Notes under the pieces: generated by a model
Told to the model about the DNA's origin: nothing
Seen by the model: the letters and a program-made list of their open reading frames with translations, nothing else
Databases searched by the model: none
Part shown: piece after piece, positions 1 through 9,751 of the stretch
Layout of the letters: each line of letters opens with the position of its first letter
Position numbering within the stretch: position 1 is the stretch's first letter
UHGV virus genome: UHGV-1507039
Length of the DNA stretch: 33,215 nt
Direction: 5' to 3' (one strand)
DNA from: a virus
Program-made: the position numbers and the translations under genes

Positions 1-25
1 GCGGTTTCACATAAAACATTTTGCA

Positions 26-697
26 TCAGCGACCAATCACCACAACCTGACCACCGTCCCCTTCGTCTGCCGTGCTGATCTCCTGAGAAACCACGCGTGA
101 CCCCACGCGCATTTCACCGTACAGAACCGGCAGAACATTGCCCTGGGCAACCATGTTATCCAGTGAGGAGAAATAGGTGTTCTGTTTGCCGTTATCCGTT
201 GTCTGTGTACGGGGAGTTCTGGCTTTCGGTGCCAGCATCTGCGCCACACCACCGAGCACCATACTGGCACCGAGAGAAAACAGGATGCCGGTCATACCAC
301 CGGCCCCAATGGCTGCCCCCCATGCTGCAAGGGTGGCTCCGGCGGTAAAGAATGATCCGGCAATGGCGGCAGCCCCCAGGACAATCTGGAATACGCCACC
401 TGACTTGGCCCCGGCGACTCTGGGAACAATATGAATCACAGCGCCATCAGGCAGAGTCTCATGTAACTGCGCCGTTAACCCGGACGTGCTGACGTCCCGC
501 CCGGCAATCCGTACCTGATACCAGCCGTCGCTCAGTTTCTGACGAAACACCGGGAGCTGTGTGGCCAGTGCGCGGATGGCTTCAGCCCCCGTTTTCACAC
601 GAAGGTCGATGCGGCGGCCAAATCGTTGCAAATCCCCGTAAAGGCAGATGCGCGCCATGCCCGGTGACGCCAGAGGGAGTGTGTGCGTCGCTGCCAT
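26..697 (-). CDS. I: Tail tip assembly protein I
   Basis: 223 aa ORF, near-identical to lambda I as recalled; overlaps K as in lambda. Confidence 0.9.
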   Translation of the reverse strand: MAATHTLPLASPGMARICLYGDLQRFGRRIDLRVKTGAEAIRALATQLPVFRQKLSDGWYQVRIAGRDVSTSGLTAQLHETLPDGAVIHIVPRVAGAKSGGVFQIVLGAAAIAGSFFTAGATLAAWGAAIGAGGMTGILFSLGASMVLGGVAQMLAPKARTPRTQTTDNGKQNTYFSSLDNMVAQGNVLPVLYGEMRVGSRVVSQEISTADEGDGGQVVVIGR

Positions 698-1338
698 TTG
701 TCGGTATACCTCTCTCGTTTGCTCAGTTGTTCAGGAATATGGTGCAGCAGCTCGCCATCACCACAGTAAATGGCGGCATGATTCGGCACCGATGAACCAA
801 AACAGCACAGCAGCACATCGCCCGGCTGCGCCGCTGACAACGGCACCTGATACAGCCCTGTGGCCTCCAGATTATCCAGATAGAGATTCTGACCGTGACG
901 CCACCAGTCATCCTCGCGATGAAAATCCGGCATCTCAATCCCCGCCAGATGGTAAGCATCCCGGAACAGCGTGTAACAGTCCGTCACCCCGTGCTCAAAG
1001 CGCCGCCCGGTGAGATGCGGCACACAGCGGAACTTATGAATCGTCCCCCGGCAGACCAGCCACCACGGCAAATCACTCTGCACCTGCAGCCGCCGGTCGG
1101 CCTCACTCAGCCAGGGCAGACCACCGGGGTGGCTGTGGACCAGTGCCACAATCTCACCCTGCATCTCTGCCTGCAGCCAGTCTTCCGGCGACATACGGAA
1201 ATACGCCTCCGGCTCACCGGAGATATTCACGCAGGGGAAATATCTTTCCCCCTCCGGCGTGCTTACCACGAAACCGCACGACTCCGCTGGCGCACATCGC
1301 CGGGCGTGCGCCAGAATCGCTGATTCTGTCTGTGTCAT
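595..1338 (-). CDS. K: Tail tip assembly protein K (JAMM/MPN plus NlpC/P60-like); long form 247 aa, alternative internal start near 1194
   Basis: Matches lambda K; N-terminal extension carries HSHPGGLPWLSEAD (HxH..S..D JAMM motif); long ORF begins 5 bp after L stop. Confidence 0.85.
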   Translation of the reverse strand: MTQTESAILAHARRCAPAESCGFVVSTPEGERYFPCVNISGEPEAYFRMSPEDWLQAEMQGEIVALVHSHPGGLPWLSEADRRLQVQSDLPWWLVCRGTIHKFRCVPHLTGRRFEHGVTDCYTLFRDAYHLAGIEMPDFHREDDWWRHGQNLYLDNLEATGLYQVPLSAAQPGDVLLCCFGSSVPNHAAIYCGDGELLHHIPEQLSKRERYTDKWQRRTHSLWRHRAWRASAFTGICNDLAAASTFV

Positions 1339-1343
1339 GGGAT

Positions 1344-2042
1344 TTACTGCGAAAGTTTGTTAATGGAAAGGAAGCCGCCAAAGTTGCCGACGTTATTGCG
1401 AAACTTACAGCCACTCAGGCATTTGCTGCATTTATCCTTCGTGATATCGGACGTTGGCTGGTCATATTCATCCGCGACCGCCGGACCGTGATAACCGCAC
1501 TCATCGCCGCGATAGGTCCAGGTGCAGGTGTTGGCCAGCATGATACGTCCCGGAAAAACAGCGCCGTCCGTTTCCGTCGGCGTGGACAGTACAAAAGAGG
1601 CACTGACCGCGCTCAGTTCGCTGCACTGCTCGATGCGCCAGCGGCTGATCACCTCCTGCTCCGGATCGGCATCGCTGTTTCCTTTGACGAAGTTCACCGC
1701 ATCCAGAAAACGGGCGTAAACCTTACGCCGGACCACCGTTCCGCTGACCAGACTCTGCAGATCTTCCGCCATCCCGGTGACCATACCGTACAGGTTAGAA
1801 ACCGTCAGCGTGGGGCGCGTACTGGTGCCTTTGCCATTCAGTTCAAAACCACTCCCCTGAATGGGATACGGCTGATACTCTCGCCCCTGCCAGGTGACCG
1901 GCTCACCTTTTTCGTTCTGCTCATTACAGAAAAAATAACGTTCTCCACCGACCTCTGTCAGGTCGATTTCCCAGAGCACCACGCTGGCCGACTGCTCCGC
2001 ACGGGTGCATTCATTCAGTGTTTCCTGCCGGATAACCTGCAT
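1344..2042 (-). CDS. L: Tail tip assembly protein L
   Basis: 232 aa, lambda L-like sequence (MQ.IRQETLNECTRAEQSASVVLWEIDLTEVGGERYFFCNEQ). Confidence 0.92.
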   Translation of the reverse strand: MQVIRQETLNECTRAEQSASVVLWEIDLTEVGGERYFFCNEQNEKGEPVTWQGREYQPYPIQGSGFELNGKGTSTRPTLTVSNLYGMVTGMAEDLQSLVSGTVVRRKVYARFLDAVNFVKGNSDADPEQEVISRWRIEQCSELSAVSASFVLSTPTETDGAVFPGRIMLANTCTWTYRGDECGYHGPAVADEYDQPTSDITKDKCSKCLSGCKFRNNVGNFGGFLSINKLSQ

Positions 2043-2371
2043 CAGTTCACCACCTGTTCAAACTCTGCGCTGAACTCAACACGCAGCATACTGACCCGCG
2101 ACGACCATTTTGCGCAGGTCACCTTTATCTGCCTGTAACCATAAGGCGGCATCCACAGAAAGGCCTTCCAGCCCCCGTGCTCAGCCAGAAACGACTCCAG
2201 CGCCGTGGCCTCCTCACGGGAGACAGACAGCGTCACGCTGTACGTTTTCAGGTTGGCATTCAGCCCGGCAGGCGCTCGCTGGGAATAGCCATCACCAAAG
2301 CGCACCTTTCTTACAGAAGGGGCCGAAGCCACATCCATACCGGGTTTCACTTTCCAGCAGAAGGTTTTCAT
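2042..2371 (-). CDS. M: Tail tip assembly protein M
   Basis: 109 aa, lambda M-like; overlaps L start and H end. Confidence 0.92.
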   Translation of the reverse strand: MKTFCWKVKPGMDVASAPSVRKVRFGDGYSQRAPAGLNANLKTYSVTLSVSREEATALESFLAEHGGWKAFLWMPPYGYRQIKVTCAKWSSRVSMLRVEFSAEFEQVVN

Positions 2372-4947
2372 CGTCCACCTCCGGAGAACAGACCACCATC
2401 GCGCATCTGCCCGGTCACAACATCCATTGCCGCCTTACGGGCTACGTCATAAACCGCCTTCAGCGCCTGTGGCCCTATCTGACCGTTCGTGCCGTCGTTG
2501 TTAATCACCACATGGTTATTCTGCTCAAACTTCCCGGACGCCTGCGAGCGGCTGTCCGCCATGCTGCCCGGTGTACCGACATAACCGCCGGTGGCATAGC
2601 CGCGCATCAGCCGGTAGAGATTCCCCACGCCAATCCGGCTGGTTGCCTCCTTAGTGAAGACAAATTCACCACGGTGAACAATCCCCGCTGGCTCATATTT
2701 GCCGCCGGTTCCCGTAAATCCTCCGGTCGCAAAATGGAATTTCGCCGCAGCTGCCTGAATGGCTGTACCGCCTGACGCTGATGCGCCGCCACCAACAGCC
2801 CCGCCAATGGCGCTGCCGATACTCCCGACAATCCCCACCATTGCCTGCTTAAGCAGAATTTCTGTCATCATGGACAGCACGGAGCGGGTGAAGCTGCGCC
2901 AGTTCTGTTCACTGCCGGTCAGCATCGCCGCCATATTCTGCGCAATACCATCAAAGGTCTGCGTGGCTGCACTTTTAACCTGCGACATACTGTCCGTGGC
3001 GCTCTCTTCCCACTCACTCCAGCCGGACTTGAGGCCTGCCATCCAGCTCCCGCGAAGCTGGTCTTCAGCTGCCCAGGTCTTTTTCTGCTCTGACATGACG
3101 TTATTCAGCGCCAGCGAATTATCGCCATACTGTTCCTTCAGGCGCTGTTCCGTGGCTTCCCGTTCTGCCTGCCGGTCAGTCAGCCCCCGGCTTTTCGCAT
3201 CAATAGCGGCCCGTTTTGCCCGTTGCTGCTGTGCGAATTTATCCGCCTGCTGCGCCAGCGCGTTCAGGCGCTCCTGATACGTAACCTTGTCGCCAAGTGC
3301 AGCCAGCTGGCGTTTGTACTCCAGCGTCTCATCTTTATGCGCCAGCAGGGATTTCTCCTGTGCAGACAGCTGGCGACGTTGCGCCGCCTCCTCCAGTACT
3401 GCGAACTGACTCTCCGCCTTCCACAAATCCCGGCGCTGCTGGCTGATTTTCTCATTTGCTCCGGCATGCTTCTCCAGCGTCCGGAGTTCTGCCTGAAGCG
3501 TCAGCAGGGCAGCATGAGCACTGTCTTCCTGACGATCGCCCGCAGACACCTTCACGCCGGACTGTTTCGGCTTTTTCAGCGTCGCTTCATAGTCCTTTTT
3601 CGCCGCCGCCATCAGCGTGTTGTAATCTGCCTGCAGAATTTTCCCGTCCTTCAGTGCCTTGTTCAGTTCTTCCTGACGGGCGGTATATTTCTCCAGCGGC
3701 GTCTGCAGGCGTTCGTAAGCCTTCTGCGCCTCTTCGGTATATTTCAGCCGTGATGCCTCAGACTCGGCCCAGTCCTTTGCTGCCATCTCTCTGGCCTTTT
3801 CAAGATCGGCCTGCAACGTGGCGGCTGAAAGCCCAAGTTGCGCATTCGCTCTGTCCTCCCATGCTCCCCGGAGATTGGCAAGAAATGCTGAGGTTTTACC
3901 GCGCCGGTGGCTCCGGCTCTGATACCACTGCCATTTTTTGTCCGCCTCATCAAAAGCCTTTTCTGCTTTCTCCAGCATTCCCTGGGCAGTGTCCGGGCGA
4001 CCAATATCCAGCACCGAATCCCACATGGATTTGAATGCCCGTGCTGTCCTGTCTGCCCAGGCCTCCAGCGTGCCCATGTTCTCTTTCAGGCGGCGGGTCT
4101 GGTCATCAAACCCTTTCGTCGCGGCCTCGTTCGCCGCCTGCAATGCCCCGGCTTCATCTCCGGAACGCTGCAACTGAGCAACATACGCAATCTGCTCCGC
4201 CGTCACGTTATGGAACTGACGTGCCATCGCTGTCAGTCCCGACGTCGGGTCTGTGGTCAGCTTCCCGAAGGCTTCAGCGACCTTGTCCACCTCCACGCCG
4301 GATGCAGAGGAGAAACGCGCCACACTCTGGCTGATCGCCTCAAACTGCTCACCACCACGCACACCGGCATTCACCAGCGCCGTCAGTGACTCGCTGGTCT
4401 GGTTAAACGTCAGCCCTGCCGCCTGCCCGGCTCTGGACAGGACCAGCATACGATCTGCCGTCAGTCCCGCCTGATTGCCGGAAAGGACCAGCGTTTTGTT
4501 GAAATCGGACAGGGTTGAGTTGCCCTGATACCAGGCATACGCCAGCGCACCGGTCGCCACCGCCAGCGAGGTGGCCCCCACCATGTTCAGGGTGATCGCA
4601 CCGGCAAGCCCCCTGAACATGGGGATCATCCCGCCGAAGGAGTCCTTAACCTGACCACCCTGTTGCAGCAGGATCAGCCACGGACTTTGCCCGCCTGCAA
4701 GCTGCGTGGCCACGTCAGTGAACTGTGCAGGCAGCATACGCATGGCGGCTTTATACTGCCCGACGGAAATTCCCGCTTTCTGTGCAGCCAGCGCCTGTCG
4801 GCTCAGCGACTGTTCAACGACTGCCGCTGTTTTTTTCGCATCACTTTCCGTACCGGAAAAATGACGCCTGACTCTGGCCATCTGCTCGTCAAATCTGGCC
4901 GCATCCAGACTCAAATCAACGACCAGATCGCCTACCGGTTCAGCCAT
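2368..4947 (-). CDS. H: Tail tape measure protein H
   Basis: 859 aa, lambda H-like start MAEPVGDLVVDLSLDAARFDEQ, Gly-rich C-terminal region; position after G/T. Confidence 0.93.
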   Translation of the reverse strand: MAEPVGDLVVDLSLDAARFDEQMARVRRHFSGTESDAKKTAAVVEQSLSRQALAAQKAGISVGQYKAAMRMLPAQFTDVATQLAGGQSPWLILLQQGGQVKDSFGGMIPMFRGLAGAITLNMVGATSLAVATGALAYAWYQGNSTLSDFNKTLVLSGNQAGLTADRMLVLSRAGQAAGLTFNQTSESLTALVNAGVRGGEQFEAISQSVARFSSASGVEVDKVAEAFGKLTTDPTSGLTAMARQFHNVTAEQIAYVAQLQRSGDEAGALQAANEAATKGFDDQTRRLKENMGTLEAWADRTARAFKSMWDSVLDIGRPDTAQGMLEKAEKAFDEADKKWQWYQSRSHRRGKTSAFLANLRGAWEDRANAQLGLSAATLQADLEKAREMAAKDWAESEASRLKYTEEAQKAYERLQTPLEKYTARQEELNKALKDGKILQADYNTLMAAAKKDYEATLKKPKQSGVKVSAGDRQEDSAHAALLTLQAELRTLEKHAGANEKISQQRRDLWKAESQFAVLEEAAQRRQLSAQEKSLLAHKDETLEYKRQLAALGDKVTYQERLNALAQQADKFAQQQRAKRAAIDAKSRGLTDRQAEREATEQRLKEQYGDNSLALNNVMSEQKKTWAAEDQLRGSWMAGLKSGWSEWEESATDSMSQVKSAATQTFDGIAQNMAAMLTGSEQNWRSFTRSVLSMMTEILLKQAMVGIVGSIGSAIGGAVGGGASASGGTAIQAAAAKFHFATGGFTGTGGKYEPAGIVHRGEFVFTKEATSRIGVGNLYRLMRGYATGGYVGTPGSMADSRSQASGKFEQNNHVVINNDGTNGQIGPQALKAVYDVARKAAMDVVTGQMRDGGLFSGGGR

Positions 4948-5374
4948 ACCGGACTCCTCCTGCGATCCCTTCTGATACTGTCATCAGCATTACGTCATCC
5001 TCCGTCATGTCCGCCACATCCGGGGAAGCGGGGATAACTTCATTCCCGTCCGGGCCAAAACGAACGCCTCCGGCAAGCCCTGCCGCTTTCTGCATCAGCA
5101 CATCATCTTCAGGCTCTTCGTCAGCCTCGCGCCGGTTCAGCAGACTGAAATCCAGCGGATGCATATCCGGATCGCTGAAAAACAGGCTGAGCACGGTGTA
5201 CGTCAGCCCGGAAAAGTGCATATCCAGCAGAACATCATGAAAATAATGGGTACTGTAAAAGCGGTGCCAGTCGGCATACTCCGTGGATGACATCCCGGCA
5301 AGCATGGCGCGCCAGTCGGGTCGCCCCATCTCACGCGCCAGTTTCAGGGCAAAACTCAGCTCACCGTCGAACAC
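4940..5374 (-). CDS. T: T portion of the G-T tail assembly chaperone, made only by -1 frameshift from G
   Basis: 144 aa ORF in -1 frame relative to G; lambda T-like; slippery heptamer at the G/T junction. Confidence 0.85.
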   Translation of the reverse strand: MFDGELSFALKLAREMGRPDWRAMLAGMSSTEYADWHRFYSTHYFHDVLLDMHFSGLTYTVLSLFFSDPDMHPLDFSLLNRREADEEPEDDVLMQKAAGLAGGVRFGPDGNEVIPASPDVADMTEDDVMLMTVSEGIAGGVRYG

Positions 5375-5778
5375 TTTCCCGCAGAAACAGGCTCTGCAGG
5401 CCCGGCGTCCTCTGCCTGTTCAGGGGCATCATTCACCACAAACTCATACATACCGGACAGCCGGTACACCACGTTTTCAGCATGAGAAATTGCCTCTGTA
5501 GGCCAGGTGGTAAGCACTTCCTGCTCAATCTGTTTAACGGCTTCATTCATGGAAGGCTGCTTTGTCTTCTGCGGATGGTTATGCCACAGGGACATCGCCA
5601 CCACAAAAGCAGCGGTTCTGATGGCGTCTTCCACAGTAAACTTCCGGTTGCTGTCTGACTCCGCCTGTTCTGCCTGTCGTTTCATCAGGGCGAGATGCTC
5701 AATACGCTGCAGGGCTGACAGTTCAGAAAGCGTGACGGTCACACCGTTATGTTCAAATGATTCGGTTTTCAGGAACAT
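5356..5778 (-). CDS. G: Tail assembly chaperone G
   Basis: 140 aa, lambda G-like; directly upstream of T and H. Confidence 0.92.
   Translation of the reverse strand: MFLKTESFEHNGVTVTLSELSALQRIEHLALMKRQAEQAESDSNRKFTVEDAIRTAAFVVAMSLWHNHPQKTKQPSMNEAVKQIEQEVLTTWPTEAISHAENVVYRLSGMYEFVVNDAPEQAEDAGPAEPVSAGKCSTVS
5374..5380 (-). promoter_or_regulatory. Programmed -1 ribosomal frameshift slippery site GGGAAAG (G to G-T)
   Basis: Minus-strand GGGAAAG (plus strand ctttccc) near the 3' end of G where the T frame opens. Confidence 0.8.
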
Positions 5779-5793
5779 CGCTGACTCTCCGGA

Positions 5794-6534
5794 TTAACTG
5801 GCGGTGACGTTGATTTCTGCAACCGCAGCAAACTCACCATTACCGGATACGACCGGAATGTTGACCTTGCCTGCAGCAACACCTTTCACGGTGATGGTCA
5901 TACCACTGACCGACACGGTGGCTTTTGTTTTATCCGCAGACACCGCACGGAAGCTCTTGTCGGTTGCGCCTTCCGGCTGGAATGCCACGGTCAGCGTCGT
6001 GCTCTGCCCTTTCACCACCGAGGTGCTGGCAGGCGTCACGGTCATGCCGGTTGCCGCTGTTGCCGTGCTGCGATCTTCTGCCATCGACGGACGTCCTACG
6101 TTGGTGACTTTCACCGTGCGGGTAATCACTTCCTTCGCCGTCACCGCCTTACCGATACTGCTGACCCAGCCGCGGAACACATCGACCGTGCCGTTCGGGA
6201 AGCGGATTTTATAGGCACGGGTATCACCTTCATTAAACCACGCCAGCAGCGCCTGCTGCCCCTGCTCTCCGGGCATCCACGCCAGCGTGAAGCTGGTATC
6301 TCCGGCAGATTTCTGCCCCTGCCCGGTCGCAGTCCAGTCTGCATCTTCATCATCGAGATAGCTGTCGTCATAGGACTCAGCGGTCAGTTCGCCGGGCGTC
6401 AGGTCTTTAACTTTTGCCAGACGCGACCAGTCAACGTCTGAAAGCGGGTTCGCATAAGGGTCACCGCTCCCCTTATAAACCCACAGGGTGGTCCCGGCAC
6501 CTTTCACCGGCATTACAGGATTTGGTACAGGCAT
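5794..6534 (-). CDS. V: Major tail tube protein V
   Basis: Lambda V-like from MPVPNP; C-terminal Ig-like region; ORF extends 10 codons upstream to 6564. Confidence 0.92.
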   Translation of the reverse strand: MPVPNPVMPVKGAGTTLWVYKGSGDPYANPLSDVDWSRLAKVKDLTPGELTAESYDDSYLDDEDADWTATGQGQKSAGDTSFTLAWMPGEQGQQALLAWFNEGDTRAYKIRFPNGTVDVFRGWVSSIGKAVTAKEVITRTVKVTNVGRPSMAEDRSTATAATGMTVTPASTSVVKGQSTTLTVAFQPEGATDKSFRAVSADKTKATVSVSGMTITVKGVAAGKVNIPVVSGNGEFAAVAEINVTAS

Positions 6535-6541
6535 AGCGTCC

Positions 6542-6937
6542 TCACATTTCATAGGTAATGACATACGTCAGATCGGCTGAACTCCACAGGCCCGCATCAT
6601 CGTCGCGCCGGTAGTCATAGCCACTGGCCACCATACTGGTGATCAAATCTGACAGTGCCGGGATATCGCTCATCACCGGATAAATCCGGGACTCCATCCA
6701 CGAATCCAGCTCTGAATCCGGCACCTGAGCAGGCAGGAAAACTTCAATATGCAGCTCCGCCTGCCAGGTATCGCTGTCCAGCTCTTCGCCCGTGTATTCA
6801 GCGCCGGTGAGATAAACGGCAATTGCCGGAAAATCTTCCTCATCAAAAACAGCGGGGCGACCATCAAAAAGCGTCGCCCCGGTGTCATGCTTCTCCAGTG
6901 CATCCAGTACGGCTGCACGGAGTTCAGTATGTTTCAT
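6542..6937 (-). CDS. U: Tail terminator protein U
   Basis: 131 aa, lambda U-like ([22 protein letters not shown]). Confidence 0.92.
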   Translation of the reverse strand: MKHTELRAAVLDALEKHDTGATLFDGRPAVFDEEDFPAIAVYLTGAEYTGEELDSDTWQAELHIEVFLPAQVPDSELDSWMESRIYPVMSDIPALSDLITSMVASGYDYRRDDDAGLWSSADLTYVITYEM

Positions 6938-7512
6938 CGCTTTATTACCATTCTCAGTTGATGCTGCAGCGCATAGCCCAGCTCTTTCGGAAGACGTTCA
7001 CGCCGTATCCGTTCAATATTCTGTTTAAACGCCGTGGTCAGCGGCACCGCCATCGGGATTTTCACCACATCAATGGGGTAACGGTTTTTCCCGGCCACAC
7101 GCTGCATGACATGCCACCGGCCATTTTTCAGTTGCTGAATAAACGCGCCGGGAATACGACGGTTTCCCACCACAAGCGCACTGCCGCCACCTTTCAGGGC
7201 TGAACGCTGCCCCTTTTTACGACGCCTGCGTCGGGACAGGACAACCCGCGCGTTACCCAGCTTTATTACGGGCAAATCCCCCCGGTTAACCTTGATTCTG
7301 GCCTGCGGATTTTTGACCGTGGCCCTTTTCAGCCTGGCCCTTTCCTTTACCAGTTTCCGGCGTACCTTTGTCTCACGGGCAACCTGTGCCACCGACTGCG
7401 ATATCGCGGATGAAGCAACGCGGTTAATGGCCATTGCGGCGGCACCGGGCACCGCCGTTCTGCTGATACGGCTGAGGTTTTCAACGGCCTGCTCAAGACC
7501 TTTTATGGCCAT
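6934..7512 (-). CDS. Z: Tail completion protein Z
   Basis: 192 aa, lambda Z-like; ATGA overlap with U. Confidence 0.92.
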   Translation of the reverse strand: MAIKGLEQAVENLSRISRTAVPGAAAMAINRVASSAISQSVAQVARETKVRRKLVKERARLKRATVKNPQARIKVNRGDLPVIKLGNARVVLSRRRRRKKGQRSALKGGGSALVVGNRRIPGAFIQQLKNGRWHVMQRVAGKNRYPIDVVKIPMAVPLTTAFKQNIERIRRERLPKELGYALQHQLRMVIKR

Positions 7513-7523
7513 ACATCCCCCTT

Positions 7524-7877
7524 TCAGCGGCGACGGTTAACGGCAGGCGGTACGCCCCGCCCAAGCCAGAGATGACAGCTTCCGCCATCATCCGGCGAAA
7601 TCCGGTCTATCCAGAAGTTTTCCTCACCGATGGTCAGCGTGTCGCCGCGCCGCAGCTGCCGCACATCATCAGTCCGGACAAACAGGGACGGGCTGGAGCC
7701 TTCAACGCGCACGCCCTGTCCGGCATAGCTGATATTTTCAGGGTCATCAAAAACACCACGTATCACAGCACCGGACTGCTCACCGGATGTCATGGTGGCT
7801 GACGTTCCCATGTACCCGCGTATCGTTTCATCGGCGCAGGCAATGGCAGCATCGAACAGGTTATCGAAATCAGCCAC
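7524..7877 (-). CDS. FII: Head-tail joining protein FII
   Basis: 117 aa, lambda FII-like (MADFDNLFDAAIA). Confidence 0.92.
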   Translation of the reverse strand: MADFDNLFDAAIACADETIRGYMGTSATMTSGEQSGAVIRGVFDDPENISYAGQGVRVEGSSPSLFVRTDDVRQLRRGDTLTIGEENFWIDRISPDDGGSCHLWLGRGVPPAVNRRR

Positions 7878-7888
7878 AGCGCCTCCCG

Positions 7889-8287
7889 TTATTGCATTCT
7901 GGCCAGGCCGCGCTCTGTCATTTCGGCTGCCACACCGGCAGAGACACGAAACGCCGTTCCCGGCAGCACAAATGCCACAGCCTCATCCCGCGTGGCGTGA
8001 AGTGCATCAGTATGCAGCTTCACCAGTGCCACGACCGTGACCAGTTCAGACGTATCCAGAATCACGGTATCCGGCTGCGCTGATACCACCTCATTTTCAT
8101 GTCCGGTCAGCACATTTTCCGGGCTGAGGGGGGTATCCTGACCGGCAGTGTCGCCCGTGTCATCAAGCTCTTCTTCCAGCTCTGCCACACGGAGCGCCAG
8201 TTCTTCTTTCGTCCCCGTCAGGCTGATATCACGGTTCAGTTGTTCACCCAGCGAGCGGAGACGGGCAATCAGTTCATCTTTCGTCAT
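7889..8287 (-). CDS. FI: DNA packaging protein FI
   Basis: Lambda FI-like from MTKDELIARLRSLGEQL; longer ORF extends to 8326. Confidence 0.88.
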   Translation of the reverse strand: MTKDELIARLRSLGEQLNRDISLTGTKEELALRVAELEEELDDTGDTAGQDTPLSPENVLTGHENEVVSAQPDTVILDTSELVTVVALVKLHTDALHATRDEAVAFVLPGTAFRVSAGVAAEMTERGLARMQ

Positions 8288-8328
8288 GGACTCCTCCACA
8301 GAGAAACAATGGCCCCGAAGGGCCATGA

Positions 8329-9354
8329 TTACGCCAGTTGTACAGACACGAACTCATCAGGGTCAGCCAGCAGCATCAGCGGTGCTGACTGAATCATGGT
8401 GAACTCTCGCGCCGGATCGCCGGATGTCTTCCAGTTTTTCGGATAACGGGGAGACGCATTAATACCCTCACTCAATGCATCCGCATCCTGAATACAGCCA
8501 TAGGTGCGCAGACCGCGTGCATGAGTGTTACCCAGCACCATCGTGTTGTCCGGCAGGAAGTTCTTTTTGACGCCGTTTTCCACGTACTGTCCGGAATACA
8601 CGACGATGGCCACATCGCCATACATCCCCTTATAGGACACCGCTTTACCCAGGTCTTTCACCGCTGTCTCCAGCTCGGAATGAGAGCCACGACGGGTATC
8701 CAGCTTCTCCCTGACGGCTTTGAAGGAACGGAACAGCGCCCAGCCTTTCGGATCGAACACGATGATATTCACCACACCGCTGGCGTTCAGCGCGTAGGCT
8801 TCGATATCGTCGGTCGGGTCATACGTGGACTTGTCACGCTTGCTCCACTCCGTGCCGCCGGACTGCGTGATGTTATTCTCCTCACTGCGGCCCATATCCA
8901 CCTCAACCGGATCGAAGGCTTCACCGGTCATGGTGTATTTGCCCTTAAGCACGGCAGAAACTGCCTGCATCTCTTCGACCTGAGCAATGGCCAGCTCTTC
9001 GTCACGCATGTTCTGCATGATGATGCGACGGCGGCGGTAAGCCGGGTCCGCCAGATTCTGCGGATCTTCATCCGGCAGGCGACGCAGGGTCATCTGCGGA
9101 TTCACTTCATGCTTCGGCTTGACATATCCCGGCGTAAATTCAGAGGTGGAGCCGCCACGGGAACGGATAACCTCACCGGAAACAATCGGCGAAACGTACA
9201 GCGCCATGTTTACCAGTCCCGGAATTTGTGAGAGATAGACTTTCTCCGTGGTGAAGGGATAGCTCTCACGGAAAAAGAGACGCAGAAACAGCGGATCAAA
9301 CTTAAATTTCTGCTCATTTGCCGCCAGCAGCTGGGCGGTTGTGTACATCGACAT
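8329..9354 (-). CDS. E: Major capsid protein E
   Basis: 341 aa from MSMYTTAQLLAANEQKFKFDPLFLRLF, lambda E-like. Confidence 0.93.
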   Translation of the reverse strand: MSMYTTAQLLAANEQKFKFDPLFLRLFFRESYPFTTEKVYLSQIPGLVNMALYVSPIVSGEVIRSRGGSTSEFTPGYVKPKHEVNPQMTLRRLPDEDPQNLADPAYRRRRIIMQNMRDEELAIAQVEEMQAVSAVLKGKYTMTGEAFDPVEVDMGRSEENNITQSGGTEWSKRDKSTYDPTDDIEAYALNASGVVNIIVFDPKGWALFRSFKAVREKLDTRRGSHSELETAVKDLGKAVSYKGMYGDVAIVVYSGQYVENGVKKNFLPDNTMVLGNTHARGLRTYGCIQDADALSEGINASPRYPKNWKTSGDPAREFTMIQSAPLMLLADPDEFVSVQLA

Positions 9355-9409
9355 AAAAAAATCCCGTAAAAAAAGCCGCACAGGCGGCCTTTAGTGATGA
9401 AGGGTCAGG

Positions 9410-9742
9410 TTAAACGATGCTGATTGCCGTTCCGGCAAACGCGGTCCGTTTTTTCGCCTCGTCGCTGGCAGCCTCCGGCCAGAGCACATCCTCATAACGG
9501 AACGTGCCGGACTTGTAGAACGTCAGCGTGGTGCTGGTCTGGTCAGCAGCAACAGCAAGAATGCCAACGGCAGCACCGTCGGTGGTGCCATCCCACGCAA
9601 CCAGCTTACGGGTGGAGGTATCCGGCATCAACGGAGTCATTGCTGGCGTTTTCTTACTCAATCCGCCGGGCGCGGTTGCGGTATGAGCCGGGTCACTGTT
9701 GCCCAGCGGCTGGTAATGGGTAAAGGTTTCTTTGCTCGTCAT
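9410..9742 (-). CDS. D: Head decoration protein D
   Basis: 110 aa from [12 protein letters not shown], lambda D-like. Confidence 0.92.
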   Translation of the reverse strand: MTSKETFTHYQPLGNSDPAHTATAPGGLSKKTPAMTPLMPDTSTRKLVAWDGTTDGAAVGILAVAADQTSTTLTFYKSGTFRYEDVLWPEAASDEAKKRTAFAGTAISIV

Positions 9743-9751
9743 AAACATCCC

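Noticed and set aside
1143-2138. 331-aa plus-strand ORF overlapping K, L and M
   Set aside because: Lies antisense to well-supported lambda tail genes in a GC-rich region; typical shadow ORF with no recognisable motif.
3223-4034. Plus-strand ORFs of 176 and 192 aa inside H
   Set aside because: Antisense to the tape measure gene, low-complexity composition; no independent support.
8521-9231. 236-aa plus-strand ORF inside E
   Set aside because: Antisense shadow of the major capsid gene.
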